Source: Lama glama (Eukaryota). From it: a stretch of DNA of 64,000 nucleotides. A program made the position numbers and the translations under genes. The stretch's first letter is position 1. Each line of letters opens with the position of its first letter. Positions 1 to 36,339 of this stretch are shown in pieces. The stretch is taken from positions 33,976,001 through 34,040,000 of the forward strand of contig CM052818.1 of NCBI GenBank assembly GCA_028534125.1, in the 5' to 3' direction. A model generated the notes under the pieces. It was not told the origin of the DNA. It did no database searches and was given only the letters and a program-made list of their open reading frames with translations.

Positions 1-103
1 GCTCCAGGCTCCCCCGGCCCTCTCCTGCCCCTAAGGACTACGCTGACCTCTGGGAGTTACTGGGAAAGCAACAGGGGCACTGGGACCTCTGCTGGACTCT
101 CAC

Positions 104-16574
<16,471 letters not shown>

Positions 16575-16734
16575 TCACCTCCTCTGCGCGGAGCAAAGCG
16601 AAGGGAACCCTGAGAAAACCGGCCGTCCCAAGGTAGCTTCTCCCCACTCCAACCAAGAAACACACAAAGCCAAAGCCTGGGCGCCTTTCCTCCCGAAAAA
16701 AGGTGTTGGGGGAGAAAAAAGAAGAAAAAAAATG

Positions 16735-16740
16735 TTTATT
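16735..16740 (-). terminator. ATRAID polyadenylation signal AATAAA
   Basis: tttatt on plus, about 220 nt past the ATRAID stop, followed on minus by a T-rich tract. Confidence 0.8.
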
Positions 16741-16958
16741 ATGGTCAACAGCACAAATGGGACCTGGTGACTGACTAGTCCACTCCAGGACTGGTGTGTC
16801 CACAACACCCCCGAGTTGTGCGAGTTTCCATCTTCCTTCCAAAGGTGGCTTCTGCCTTGTGAGGACCCGCCGACCAACGATGTCTAGAAAGCAAATCTCC
16901 CTGTCTGGGCTAAGATAGATGGGGATGATCTTTAGGTCAATAGTAAGACCTGTGTGGT

Positions 16959-19900
16959 TCATGAAGCCTTGGCTTTTCGTCGTTGGGTCCCCCAAAGCAG
17001 GATGGAGATGGATAATGTGGTGGATCCCAGAATACCAAAGAACACAAGCAGTGAGAACGAGCCCTGTGAATAACATACAAAAAAAATTCATACAGGGTCA
17101 CACCAAGGGCTTACAACCTACCACGCAGTTCTTTCCTAGTATACCTGACCCCTACACCCAGGGCAATTCTAGTTTCCTTCTCTAGGTGATTTGCATCAGC
17201 TTCTGGTCTTATGGCTCTTCTTTCAGAGAGGTCCTTGTTCTATGCATTCCTCTTACCTCTAAATAGAAGGCCTCATTTCTCACCTGGCGCATACACTTGT
17301 AGCCATGGAAGCCATCAGCACAAATACATTGCATGAGACCTGGACCATCAGGTGCACAAGATCCATTCTCAGGACACATTTCTGGGAGCCAGAGAAAAAC
17401 AGAGAACATCACTGGATCTCATTTAGGTATATTTCTCAAATACCTACTTCAACTTTGATTCTCTCAACTATTTCTAGGTCAAAGACAAAAGAAAACTACA
17501 AATAATCAGAACATCATCATCATAACAAAATATATTTTAAGACCTTTCTTTCCAAGGGGTTAAAGCTTCAGAAACTTGAACAAAAGGCAATTTTACTGTC
17601 TTTCTGAAGTAAGGTGCAAAATACAAGGAAGGAAGGGCAGTTTGCAGAAGAGTGGAGGTGAGACAACATACCTGGGTCCCCAGTGCTGTTGCAAAGGTTC
17701 CTTTGTCCTTGGCAGGTTTGGTTGTTTATATAAAAAGTGACATTATTCCAGGCATTAATACCTCCAGGACAGTTGACATCTTGTGGCAGTATCCTGAACA
17801 CAACATAAACAGATGTAATAAGCAGCCTAAAGGTGCTGAGCTCACAGCACTGCCCCTCTTTGATTCTCTTCCCCACCCCATACTCTCACTCACAGAGTCT
17901 GGAGCTGAATAAAGCCATGGAAGGCATTGGCCAACTCATCCTTGAGGGGGTTTGCCTGCAGGTCTCTGCAAAGCACACACTGTTAGCACCATGCTCTAGA
18001 AAAACACCCTACTTCCATTCATATATCTTTCTGGATTGGTAATCCAGTTCTCATTCTGAGCTATCCAAGTGTAGACAATATTCAAACATCTTTTTAGGAG
18101 TCTGTCCTCAAAGACTTTCCCATCAACTCTTTGACATAGTCACCTTTTGAGAGGGAGAATAACTAATGACTTACATGATGACAGCAGTATGTGCCTGAGG
18201 AAAGTTTGGACCAGGGTCCTTCAGAGAACAGTTCTGGAGATCCAGCCTGAGGAAATAAAGTAATCAGCAAAACTAAGCTATGTCTCTCCCCTTCATCCAC
18301 AGTAAGTTAATATAACTCCCTTTTCAGCTAATATCAACTGAACACAACTGTGTCAGGGCCACAAACTAGGTACTGTGATAGATGTTTTAATACTGCATTG
18401 ACCAATTCAGTCACCACTAGCTACATGTAGCTATTTAACTTAATTTAAATTAGAAAATAAATTCAGTCCCTCATTTTCACTAGCCACATTTCAAGTTTCA
18501 GTAACCACTAATATTGGCCAGTGGCTACTGAACTGGAGAGTACAGATACAGAACATTTCCATCATGGCAGAAAGTTCCACTGGACAGTTCTGTCCTTACC
18601 CGTATGCCTATGCATTTTTTGAAAGAAATTGGTTTCTTGTCCAAATTAGCAAATCTTACATTGTAATATGATTCTCAGATCCACAAAATGCTTTCATATG
18701 GAAAGAAAATTCAAGTCACATAAATGAAAGTTTTCCCCAAGTGCATCTTCTACCACAGATTGGATGGATGTAAACTACTGGATATTAAGGACCATACTAT
18801 TTGTTCCTTGATTCTACAAATACTTAGTGCCTGCTAACTGCAAAAATTGGGAGAATTAAAAATAACATTCAGTATCTTAGCTTTCAAGTGGCTTACGGTG
18901 TAGTAGGGGAACAAGACCATCATCAAAAATAAAAATAATATAAACATTAAATTACAATATGAAAGAAATCACAGGACAGTGTATAAATAAATTTGAGTGG
19001 TACAGACACTAAGGATTAAGGGAAGTAAAAAAATAAAAAGATATTCTTTTGGTATTTAGTATTAGGGAGCATTCACAGGAGAGGTTGGGATTAAAGGATG
19101 GATATGTCATAACTTGGTGGAGGAGGACAATTTTAGGTAGTGAGAGGCCTAACCTAAGAAACAAAGGTGGAATGCTTTTGGAAGTAGGTTGAGTCTGGCT
19201 GAAGCCAGACACTCATTGAGGGATTGAGGTGGACAAATATTTTGAAGTAATGTTGGAAAGATGGTTTGGGCCAGTCTGTGGTAGTTCCTGGTTTGAACTT
19301 TATCCTAAGGCAACAGACAGTTGTAAGTCTAACTTTAAAACCAAAGAGTAATAATGGAAAAAAAATTGGTTTTCATAAAGTTTAATATAAAGATGTATTT
19401 AGGTAGATTAAGAAAAGAGGAGAATGGAAGCAAGATATACAACATTTTGAGTCTGAAGTGAGGGCGCACTGAAAGAGGAAATGTCTAATAGGAATCAAGA
19501 GGTACCCACAAGTACCTGGAGCTTGGAGAGAGGTCAAAGGATACTAAAAGAGATCTAGTTTTGGGAGACACCTTTGTAATGGTTACAGCTGAAGCCATAG
19601 TAATAGGTGGCTTCTCAAGAGTATAAAGGGGAAAAAAAGCAGAGACTAACCTACGTAAGGGGACAAGAAGGGGAATTGCCTCAAAGACAAATATGAATTA
19701 ATCAGAAAAGGAAGAAAACCATATTACATAGTGTCCTGGAAGCTAAGAGTCATTTCATGGAGACACACAGGAAATAATCCAAAGAGTTGATAATAAACAA
19801 AAGAAACAAGCTTTGAAAACAAAAAACAAAAACAAAACCGTAAAAGCCTTTAAAAAAAAATAGGCAAAAATTATGACTTTTATGCATTTCCAACCAGGAA

Positions 19901-20961
19901 GAATCACAGGGTTGTTTACTAGCTAAAAATGCTATAACAGATGTAAAGCCTGAGACTCATGGTTTAAATGCCTCCAAAACAGGCACCAAAATTTATCTCA
20001 GTCAGGCAAGGATCGAAGAATCTGGTTTGGGAGCTCTTTTCCAGTATGCAAGGGTGTCTTCTCTTCCCTCACCCCAAAATGATGCCCTTCTGATTCAGGC
20101 AGCAGCGGGCATGCAGCATTAGCTGTGGTGTCCGCTTACAATAAAGGGCCACTTCTGACAGATTTTGCACACTCCCTGGACACTGGGTGCATACCTGCAG
20201 AAAAGAGAAAACTATTAGGACTTCAGAAAGAAAAACCAAGAAAAAAACAAATGAGGATCAACTGCTACCTGTCAGTACACTCTCCAGAATTCCTCTAACA
20301 CAAGAGAAGTGTCCTCCTACCTTTATGTCAGGTTTATTAGAAGACGCATTTCTTCCCCCTGGAGCCAGGCGCCAAAACAGCGCACCTGAGAAATACTGTA
20401 CCAGACCTCACTCAGATAAGGACGTCATCTATGAGAATTACTATTCGAACATATTTATTATGACCTCTCCAATGACTTCTCAATCTGCCAGCCCCGATTT
20501 GGCAGGGTGTAAAAGAACTGCAAGTACACAAAGAACTCATTAAGCATTACAGAAAGTAGTCCTGCCACCACACGATATATGGCATTCGTCAGAATGGCCA
20601 GAGGACTCGTTTGTGGAAAGAACAACTTAAAGTTATTCAAAGATTAAGGAGTAAAAGGGTCAGATTTCAAAGTTCTGTGGACGTCAGCTGGGTGAAGGTG
20701 CTGGGAGACAGCAGCGTGAGTACTCGGGAGTGGGAGCCGGCTGGGATACCGCGGGCAAGGCCCCAGGGATGAAATCGGGGCTGCGGGCAGGCAGGGTAGA
20801 GGGGAGAGTCGAGGGCAGGCGAGCAATTCTGTTTCAACCCAACCTCTAATTTGCTTCAGTACCTCGGGTAGCGCCAAAGCCCTTTCCACGATAAGAACCA
20901 GGAGCAGGGCTGCAGCCCAGGGCACCAAGCTCAAGTCACTGCAGACCCTGCCAGGGGCCAT
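16959..20961 (-). CDS. ATRAID: All-trans retinoic acid-induced differentiation factor (APR-3), 229 aa, 7 coding exons
   Basis: Exons 20863-20961 (MAPGRVCSDLSLVPWAAALLLVLIVERALALPE signal peptide), 20073-20194, 18175-18246, 17894-17965, 17672-17793, 17284-17381 (EGF-like CPENGSC...CADGFHGYKC), 16959-17063 (TM + RRKAKAS*). Total 690 nt, all GT-AG. Confidence 0.96.
18395..18592. mobile_element. MER3-like hAT MITE in ATRAID intron 2
   Basis: ccactagctacatgtagctattta...agaacatttccatcatggcagaaagttccactggacag. Confidence 0.7.
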
Positions 20962-21780
20962 TTTCCTTTCCCTTCGTCCTTCCCAGGAGATCGCGAGACT
21001 TGCGCGTGTGGCCCCGCCCCTACCCTGTAGCGCCCTCGCCCGGGCGGGGCCTAGTCCTCCAGCCCCGCTACTCCGCAAGGCCAGTGCTCCCGGAGCAGGC
21101 TGAGGGGCTTTGCGGCTTGCGGAGGTCAGCGCTCTTCTCCGAGCGCCCCAGTCCTCGTTCGGGGAGACTAACCAACCCCTTCTCCTTTTCCCCCTTAAGC
21201 GAAGGCCTCCCCGCTGCCGCTCTCTCGGCCCTGCGTTCCTCTCGCACGGACGTCGGGGTCGCGTCCCGCAACAGTTCGCGGACAATCCATCCGCCCTCAG
21301 TAAACATGGCGGCGGGGGCGGGCAGGGGGCGGGGCCCCACTGTCATTCGGCTTGGTGTGGCGGGGCTGGCTGTCCCGCGGCCGCCGGACCCACGTGCGGA
21401 GACCCGGCAGGTGGGCCGGACGGGGGCGGGCCTCGAGGGGGTGGGCCAGGGCACAGGCTCCAAGAGTGGCGTCAGGGAGGGACGGGGAGGAGCTGAGAAG
21501 GGATGGGCTCGGTGAGCCGGCCCCCAGCGTGGGGACCCGGGAAGGTCTGAGGCGCCAGCGGCGAAGCAGTAGTGGTCTCGCCACCTCGCATGTGGAGGGA
21601 AGGAGAGAAGCCAGGAAACAAAGAGGGTAATACCGGGTGATGGAGGAGCGACGGACCAAGGGCAAACCCCGGCGGGAGGAGACGAGCCTGGGGACTCCCA
21701 GATACCCTGTCCCCTTTACCCCAGTCCTGAGACCACGCGGCGTCCGGAGCCCTAGCCCACGTGGAGGTAGGGACGGGATA
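20960..21780. promoter_or_regulatory. CpG island / bidirectional promoter shared by ATRAID and SLC5A6
   Basis: CpG-dense region between head-to-head genes. TCGCGAGA element 20991-20998, YY1-type AACATGGCGGC 21303-21313, CACGTG at 21391 and 21758, multiple GC boxes, plus-strand donor-like sites near 21411 and 21512. Confidence 0.85.
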
Positions 21781-24700
21781 GACGCTTCCCTAACTCCTCA
21801 TCTTCTTGCCTTCCTAGAAAAAGGGAGCGATGCTGATCTCGGGAAGACGGGACCTTCTTAGCCTTGGCTGAGCCACAGCGGTAAGGGGAAGACCAGGGCT
21901 GCCCTGGGTGACCCAGGGCCCTGATGGAATGGCGCAAAGTGAGACCCACGCCGGGAGGGGCTGAGGTTGGCTTCGGTTAGAGCCAGCAAAAGCTCATGAA
22001 AGCTAACCAAAGCTCATTTTTAGTAGCCTGGCTTCCCTTCCACCTACCCCCAGGTGTCTGGAATCTCCTCAAATGATTTACTTTCAGAGGGCTGGCCCAT
22101 TTTCTAAGGCATTAGTAGTTATTAGTATTTTAATGAGGGTTCCTAAAGCCTTTCAAGACCCTGAGGAATTCTAGGCACAAGGACAGATTTTGAAGGAATC
22201 TTTTTGGGAAGGTTGGTCCTGCGGTGGCGCTTTTGCCTTTTGTAGGAGTCAGAGCAATCCAGTTGTAACCAAAGTGAGGATAGGGTTAGAGTGGTGAAGA
22301 GTGATTTTCTTTCTTGAATGTATATATGTTAGACTTTTTAAAAAGGGTCCCACAGCCCACTATTTGTGCCCTGTGTGTTACAGTTATAGTGAAACAACTC
22401 AGCTCTTACTTTTGGCCCCCTCAGAGAGATGCAAGTCCATGGGGTTTAGATTAGTGTAGAGTTTTTAGAAAGCCACTATCCTGTCTTAGAATCATGTTTA
22501 ATGAAGGCTTTGCTACTGGGTCAAGTTTTTGCTGTCTTTTCTGGCTCTTTCTTTCTTGAGCCATCCAGGGGGGTTCTTTGCATTTCATGCAAATAGAATT
22601 CTCAGGAAGCCCTGCCAGTTTACCCTAGGAGTAGAGGGTCTCCATTTCTGTACACGTGTTTTCCATTCTGTACTGGGACCATTCCTCCTTTCTCTAACTG
22701 CCTTCCTATCCATATCATTAGCCCTTGACCTCTACACATTGTTATTTGTACATGGCAGACATCTTCTCACCTCTTAATCTCCAGTAATTCCCGTCATCTC
22801 TGCCCTAACAGTAAAAACTTGCTAAAGAGAAGTGAGAAAACTCCAGATGTTGCAATGTACAAAGGCCCAGGGCATCTTTCACTTAGACTAGACTAGCCTG
22901 CCAGAAACGTTGTTCTGGAGAGTAACATTTGTGACTCAGTAGAACATGTGATCCAAGAGCTGCCAACTCTAATTTCCTCTCTTCACTGGCCCCAAGAGGT
23001 TCAGAAATCAGGTTTGGTCTGTGTGAGGCCATATCTTACCAGCCAGGCAACATTTGTCCAAGAGCACAGTGTAGGAGAGCTGGAAGACAGCTAGGCTGAT
23101 CTTTCTCCTAGTAGGCAAGAAGAGAAAATGTAGTTTATGTTAATCTGTCTCTAGATTTGTTGAAATCTAAACTTTGTTCCATGAATGACTGACCACAGTT
23201 AACACTCTGCTCCTGCACTGGTTCTGGGAGGAAGGGGCCATGTGAATCACCACACCGTTTTTTCTCCCTTGTTTTGTATCGCGCTGTGTAACAGTTGAAA
23301 ACTAGAGAGTGTTCATGTAAAGTGCACAACCTGAGACATAGTGTTTTGAAAGTGAGAGCTATGGTTATTTTTTCAATATTTATTATTACTAGTGCTTATA
23401 AAGCATGTAGTGCACTGCTGGATTAGGTAGCAGGTGTTCAAAAAATGTTAACTCATCATGTTAGGCTATTTAAATACATGGGCCTCAGTGTCTGTCGATA
23501 AATGAGGGAGTTGTAATAGTGATCTCTTAAGATTTCTTTCAGTTTTGAGATTCTGGTCCTTGTTCTGAGGATAATAGTATATTCTTTGAGGATTGGTACT
23601 CAGAAAGGCAACTTCCCAATCTTCTCCCAGCTCCTCCTTTGCAATTCCCCCTAGCACACAGTGCCAAGTGTAACTTGCAGTGAAAGCCTAATCCACCCAG
23701 GAATGCTGTTGAGTGTGAGCTCCCTGCTCCCCATTCTGGAGCCTCTGGGGCTGAGCTGGAGTTTGGGGGCCCTAGGGTGATAGGGCCATTTGGACCACAG
23801 TGATTGGTTCCCTGAAGGGACCAGAACAAATAGCTTCTGAGCTTCACTCCACCCCCAGCTCCTCATCTCACCTCAGCCACTTATAGAGCAGACCCTCAGC
23901 CTCTGCCCGGCTCCAGACACACAGCTTCTTCAGGCAGCTCTGCCTACGAACAGAGATTGCCTCTTAAGGTAGGTGTCTGCCCCAGTGGGATAAGACCACT
24001 TTCCCGGACTGTTTCTTTTGCCCCCAGTTCCCTGCCTGGTTTGCTTCTCTCCAGAGTGCCCCTACAATTGTAACTCTGAACCCCTGGCTCCAGCACGTTG
24101 CCCTCTCATGTTTGAATCCCACCACTCTTCCCGGATCTGCTGTCGACTGGGGTGTTGAAGGTAGAGGAGCTGAGAGGAGGTTAGCAGGGCTTATTTAGTG
24201 ATGTTGGGGAGAACAGAGTGGTTGGACTGGGGATGCCTGGAATGGAATTTGGGGCTGCCGTGGAGGTGATCTCCCTGGTAATTGGTGCTGAGAACGGGTG
24301 CTGTTAGGAAGGTGACCCAGGGGATCATAGGAGGCGGGGGCTGAGGCCAGGCTGTCGTTAGTCTCTGCTTCTTCTTCTCTGCTGGGTTGTGGCGCCAGGC
24401 TAGGTTCTGCTGGCTGAATGCATTGTAGTGACTGGGTCTGTGCCTGCAAGTGGGGGCAGGGAATTCTGAGAAGAAATGTGGACTAGAGTTGATTTTTCTT
24501 TCGCTAGTAGGGTGGAGACCTAAGGAGGTTCTTATGTTTCACAGCTGTGTACACCCAAAAAGGTATTGGCCAGTTAGTTGTCTCCTAGCTGTCTCACTCT
24601 TCTGCTTCCTCCCTCCCCTCTCTACCTTACCAAACCCATATCAGTACCTCCAGATTTTCAAGGGCTGCCACCAAGCTGGCTGGTCTAAGTCTAATGGGTG

Positions 24701-24918
24701 TGGGGTGCACAGGCCCAAGGGTGAGCGGCCAGAATAGGCCTGACTAAGAGCTAATTTCTTTGCAGCTGACCCCGGACAGTGTCACTTGGTGTTAGAAGAG
24801 GATTGTGAGACTGTGGCTGGGAGTCAGGTTGTAGCCACTTGCCTGCCACCGCCCTGCCAAGTGGCAGCCCAGAGCCCAGGAGCAGCAAGTGACTGCAGGT
24901 CACAGACACAGAGAGGAT

Positions 24919-31503
<6,585 letters not shown>

Positions 31504-32257
31504 TCGGAACTCGGGATCCAGCCCCAGAGGCCACCTTGTGGTACAGGGATGAGTTCCCTGACGAGGACTGGATGACCTAGCCCACACCAAAGCACCTTGT
31601 TCTTAGGGGGTCTGTGCTGCAGTAGAAGCTGTCATGTCACAGGAGGCTTGAGTAGGACAGGGTTTCTCCTTTCTAGAGAACGAGGCTTGCAGGGAGCAAG
31701 ATTTTGCCAGAAAAGAAGCTAGTGGCAAATCCTCTGGGAAAAGGATAATGGCTTCTGATTCAGCATCACCAAGCTCCTTTGAAGTGTATAGAAACAGCAG
31801 TGCTGGGCCCACTCTGGCAAGACTGACCATCTCCCCATAAAATTCAGAGCTGCCTTGGCCAGCTGTTGCTTCCCTTGCTGTCTCATTGAAACACAGATGC
31901 TGTCAGCCACAAAGGGCCCCTGTGACACTACATTCAGGTAGTCTGTGATACCCAGGCCCCTCTCAATCTTATCTGTCTACCTCCATTCTTGAAAGGGAGG
32001 TTTTAGTGTCCCTGAGAGGCCTCTCAGAATAGACCGCTACATTCATCTCCTTCGCGTAGAATAGGCGCTGCCCTCGCCCTCCACCTCTGTAATAGGCACT
32101 TGGGGACGGGGCAGATATTGATCCAAGAAGCCAGGGCATGACCAAGTCCACTGTGGAGTATGCTGTCTGTCTGACTCCTGAGCCACATCACCCTAAGTGT
32201 CGTCATTCAAGCTTCTGTTTGCTTTTGAATTTCTTCCCCACATCTTTGTTCCTAGGG

Positions 32258-32263
32258 AATAAA
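32258..32263 (+). terminator. Likely SLC5A6 polyadenylation signal AATAAA
   Basis: First canonical AATAAA about 750 nt after the stop codon. Confidence 0.65.
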
Positions 32264-32973
32264 AACCGTCATTGGGCTAGAATCTGGGCTCCTGTACTGT
32301 TTGCAGCTGCTCTTGTCCACCTGAGCCCCATCCCTGGCAAGGATAAAGAGCCCCTCTTCCCGTGCACAGGTCTTTCTCTGCTGAGGAGAGAGGGGCACGG
32401 GGGACCAGCGATGGCTTGGGGAGGTTTCCAGTGTCTGTGGCCAGGGTGTCTGCAGGGAGTAGCATCATGATTTGAAGGCGGAAGATGCACCGTTTCCCTC
32501 TGCCACTTCTCTTCCCCTGTGGCTCAGTCTATTCCCTGGCTCGCCCACTTTGTCCTCCACCAGAACAATCACTGCTGCTCTGAGATTTTTCACCTTGGAG
32601 GCAGGAGGAACAATGCTACTATTTGGCTTTAAAAATAGAACATTCGAGGTGGACTTTTATGGTCTTATGAAGAACACTGTGCTCATGGCCACCCACACCT
32701 GGTCTCTACCTCTGCCTGGCCCCATCCAGCTGCCTGGAACCAGCTCTGCATGAGCTCTCCAGGCCCCTCAGCAGACTTAGTACCAGAAAATGCCAGGTTG
32801 ACTCTGCTCTGAGGTCTGCCCTCCTCTTGACAGCCCCCCACCTAGGGGCTGAGGGCCACTGGTCCTGGCTAGCTGTCCTACCCACCAATCTGCCAGAGTT
32901 CTAAACCTAACGGCTCTCATTTGTTCATTCTTTAATATATTTATCCATCACCCATTTCATGCAAGGACCTTAC

Positions 32974-33067
32974 CTTGGCTGCCATTTTACAGGTAAGGAA
33001 ATGATTGTGCCACCATTGGTATTTCAAAGTTGCCAAATTTAGTCTCAAATTCCTGCACTTTAGCTAT
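32974..33067 (-). pseudogene. PI3K-like pseudo-exon, kinase domain IAKVQ segment
   Basis: Pyrimidine tract + AG acceptor, AAG|GTAAGG donor. Reads IAKVQEFETKFGNFEIPMVAQSFPYL*NGSQ; compare p110gamma [21 protein letters not shown] (recalled). Confidence 0.7.
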
Positions 33068-33918
33068 CTTTGCATAAGAAAAGAGGGGGAGCCCTATAGG
33101 ACTCAAAACTTTCAAGAATTATGGTATTTAAGGGGAATGGTGAAAAGATTCATTTCCATATGAAGAATTGAAACTCTTAACTAAATAAAGATATTCCTTC
33201 TTTTCTAATGCAGTATTTTATCTTCACATAGCATTTTTAAAGTGCCATTTAATGATTATGAGCGTGGATTCTAGTGGACAGACCTGGGTTCAAATACTGG
33301 TTCATTTATCTAGCCTTAAGCTTCCGTTTCTTCATCTATTAAGTGTGAATTTCACAGGGTTAAGGATTCAAAATTATATTGTGTATAAAGGACTTACACA
33401 TTCCTTAAATTCAATTATTGTCATGATAATTATTGGAGTTTTCAAAGCACTTTTCATGTACTACCTGATTTTATACCTTGGGAGAGAAGTACACCCTATA
33501 TCATTTGTATTTTTGACGTGTAAGGTAACTGGATTGCTCACCTTGTGCTAAGGTGGCTACAGTTTTACTCATCACTGTTTTTGTACCATCAGTGCAAATG
33601 TCCACAGAGTGTAAAGGACATGTTACATCTTAGTACTATCATGAAAGAAATAGCTTTAACTTTAGTGACTCCTTGATAAGATCCCTGGGACTTCTAGGGG
33701 TTCATGGACCACACTTTGAGGATTGTTGCTCTAAACCAGGAGAAGGTACAAGAACTTTCATAGCAACTTAATAACCCTAAACTGGAGACAATCCAAAAGT
33801 CTGTAATAGCTAGTGTTACATTCTTAAAGGAATGTTAACGCAGTAATGAAAAAAATTAACCACAGCCATACTCATAAACAGGCTAGTGTTGATTTTTAAA
33901 AAAAGCAAGTCATTGAGG

Positions 33919-34035
33919 AGGGGAGGATGTAGCTCAGCAGTAGAGCGCATGCTTAGCATGCACGTGGTCCTGCGTTCAATCCTCAGCACCTCCATAAAAT
34001 AAAACAAATAAATAAATTCAATTATTTAAAAAAAA
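33919..34035 (+). mobile_element. tRNA-derived SINE (camelid-type)
   Basis: Same family; TSD aagtcat(t/c)ga. Confidence 0.85.
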
Positions 34036-35718
34036 AGTCATCGAACACTGTGATTCCATTTGTCAAAGTTCATAGCAGAAAAAAAGTTAAGCTGTATTTA
34101 TGGACCCATATGAAGGTAGTAAAACCATAAAGAAAAGCAAAAAGGAACATGGTTACCTCAAGGGAAAAGGGTGGATGATGTGATTTCGGTGGAGCTTTGA
34201 AGGTACAGTGTTCTAGCTCCTCACTGGGTAGGAATATCATAAAAATTCACGTTAAGCATTACAAATGTATCTCATATGCTCTAGGTATATTTCTCAGTAA
34301 TTAAAAACAATATATGATAGTCATCGACATAGCTTTCATTTCCAATATATTCGTAAGAAGAAACATGTAATATTACTATGCCACCCTTTGTAGTGAAAAT
34401 GATGAGGAAAAGCCTACATTAATGGTTCTTTGAATATGCACAAACTATCTGTGGAAGGGTATCGAAGAAACAAAAATGTATGCCTGTGAGTAGGGGTGGG
34501 ATGATAAGGAGATGGGGCTGAGAGGGGAGCCTTTTCTCTCATCTTTCTGCATCTTTTTATACACTGTGTTTTTGACTTGATTTTATACATATTGAACAAT
34601 TCATGAATTACCAATACTAAAATATTTTAAAAGCCCTGTCCATCTGGAAGCTTAAAATATACTTTTAAGTAACACCTGAATTAAAGACAAATTGTATTAG
34701 AAATTATAAACCATTTAGAAACCTCCTGCAACTCGAGCATTACATAGCAAAAACTGTGTCTTTAAGCAATCTTTTAAATGCTGAACAATCTGATGGGCAA
34801 AACCCATCTCATTTAATATGCTTTTATTAACTACTATTGAGTTTGAGCACCTTTCCTCTTTTCTCTTTCTTTTCTTTGCTTCCTCCTCCTCCCTCTTCTC
34901 CTTTCCTTCCTCCTCCTCTTTCTTTTTTTCTGATTTGCATTTTTCTATGAATTTCCTAGTCATATCCTCTGTCGATTTAAATTGTTGTCAGAATTCTGGA
35001 TATTCATTCAATGCAACAATTTTTTTTTCTCCTACACTCTGTCTTTTCTTTCGACTTTTATTATAGTATTTCTTTTAACAGAAGTTTTAAATTTTATAAG
35101 CACAAATCTGTTTTTTTAATGGCTTCTGGGTTTTGTACCTTATTTAGGAAGGCTTTCTCCACCCCAATATTATTAAAAATATAGTTTTAAATCCTTTAAA
35201 ATATTTTAACTTTTTTCCCCTGTTTTCCTTTTTGTACCATCTGTGTTCAATGTGATGGGCCAGGAGGGTCAAACTAAAATTATTTTTTCTTCAGTGGATA
35301 GCCAATTATCTCACATAATTTATTGAAAAAGCCACCCTTCCTTCATAGATTTTTAAATGTCACCTCTATTATAAGCTTCATGTGGATCTGTTTCTGTGTT
35401 TTATTCCACAGATCCATTTGTCTATTTCTGTCTCTTTAGTTTTACATTGCTAAATCTATTTGTAAAATTTTAACATAGCTTTATGTATTTTTATATTTAC
35501 ATTTTTGATATTGTAGGGCAAATTCCCATGCAATATTTTTTATTCGGATTTTTTTGACTGCTATTGAATATTTTCTTTTAGAAGAGAATCAGAATTCTTA
35601 AATTCCAATTTAAAAGTCCCGTTAAGATTTGGTTGGGATTGCATTAAATTTATAGATTAATTTGATTGTTCTGGATAATAATAGCATAGAAACAGCTTTT
35701 CCTGGGTGATGTGAGTAC

Positions 35719-35867
35719 CAGATGCAGAGCCTCCTTTGTGAATTTTTGTATTTGATTCTGACAGGTAATTCCAAGGAGTCATCACTCTGAATTGTCCACA
35801 AGGGGCCCTCAATATCCAAAGTATGAATGGTGCTTATAGTGTGCTCTGCTCTGTCTTTGGATAGGCA
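35719..35867 (-). pseudogene. PI3K-like pseudo-exon, kinase N-lobe
   Basis: Reads ...TLDIEGPLWTIQSDDSLELPVRIKYKNSQRRLC; compare KKPLWLEF...IGIIFKHGDDLRQD (recalled). Confidence 0.65.
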
Positions 35868-36339
35868 CTGTAACTTCAAAGTAGTAAGCAGGGTTAGATG
35901 CAAAAGGCTCACTTAATTTGCAATATTTCCATGCAGAATTGCAGTCACAACCCTAACTAGTCTCGACTTGACCACCTCAGCAACTGAGAAATACTCTCCA
36001 CTTATTACTGCAAACAGGCCAGTGGCCAAAACCCATTAAAATGCCAGAGCCAATAGACTACTCTCTAAAGCAATCACATGCACATGGCTCCCACTGGTTG
36101 TATTGTACGCTTGCCAAGAATCAGCTGTTTTTTTCTCAAACCTGTATTTGCTGGTTGTACTTGACATTGTAATTACATACAATCACCTTGTTGTCAAATG
36201 GGAGTAGAAGTCCAGGTTCTCCACAGAGCCCCTGTTGACACCCTGGGAAGGGCGGGCTCCTCACTAGGCCTCTGCTGGCACACCCTGGCTGGGAGGGGGA
36301 GAGGTGCTCCCATCCGGTCTCCAGGGAGTGGGGGTGGGG

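Noticed and set aside
20644-21665. Several 120-213 aa ORFs on both strands
   Set aside because: They are GC-rich CpG-island ORFs, mostly with non-ATG starts. Only the ATRAID exon 1 portion is supported.
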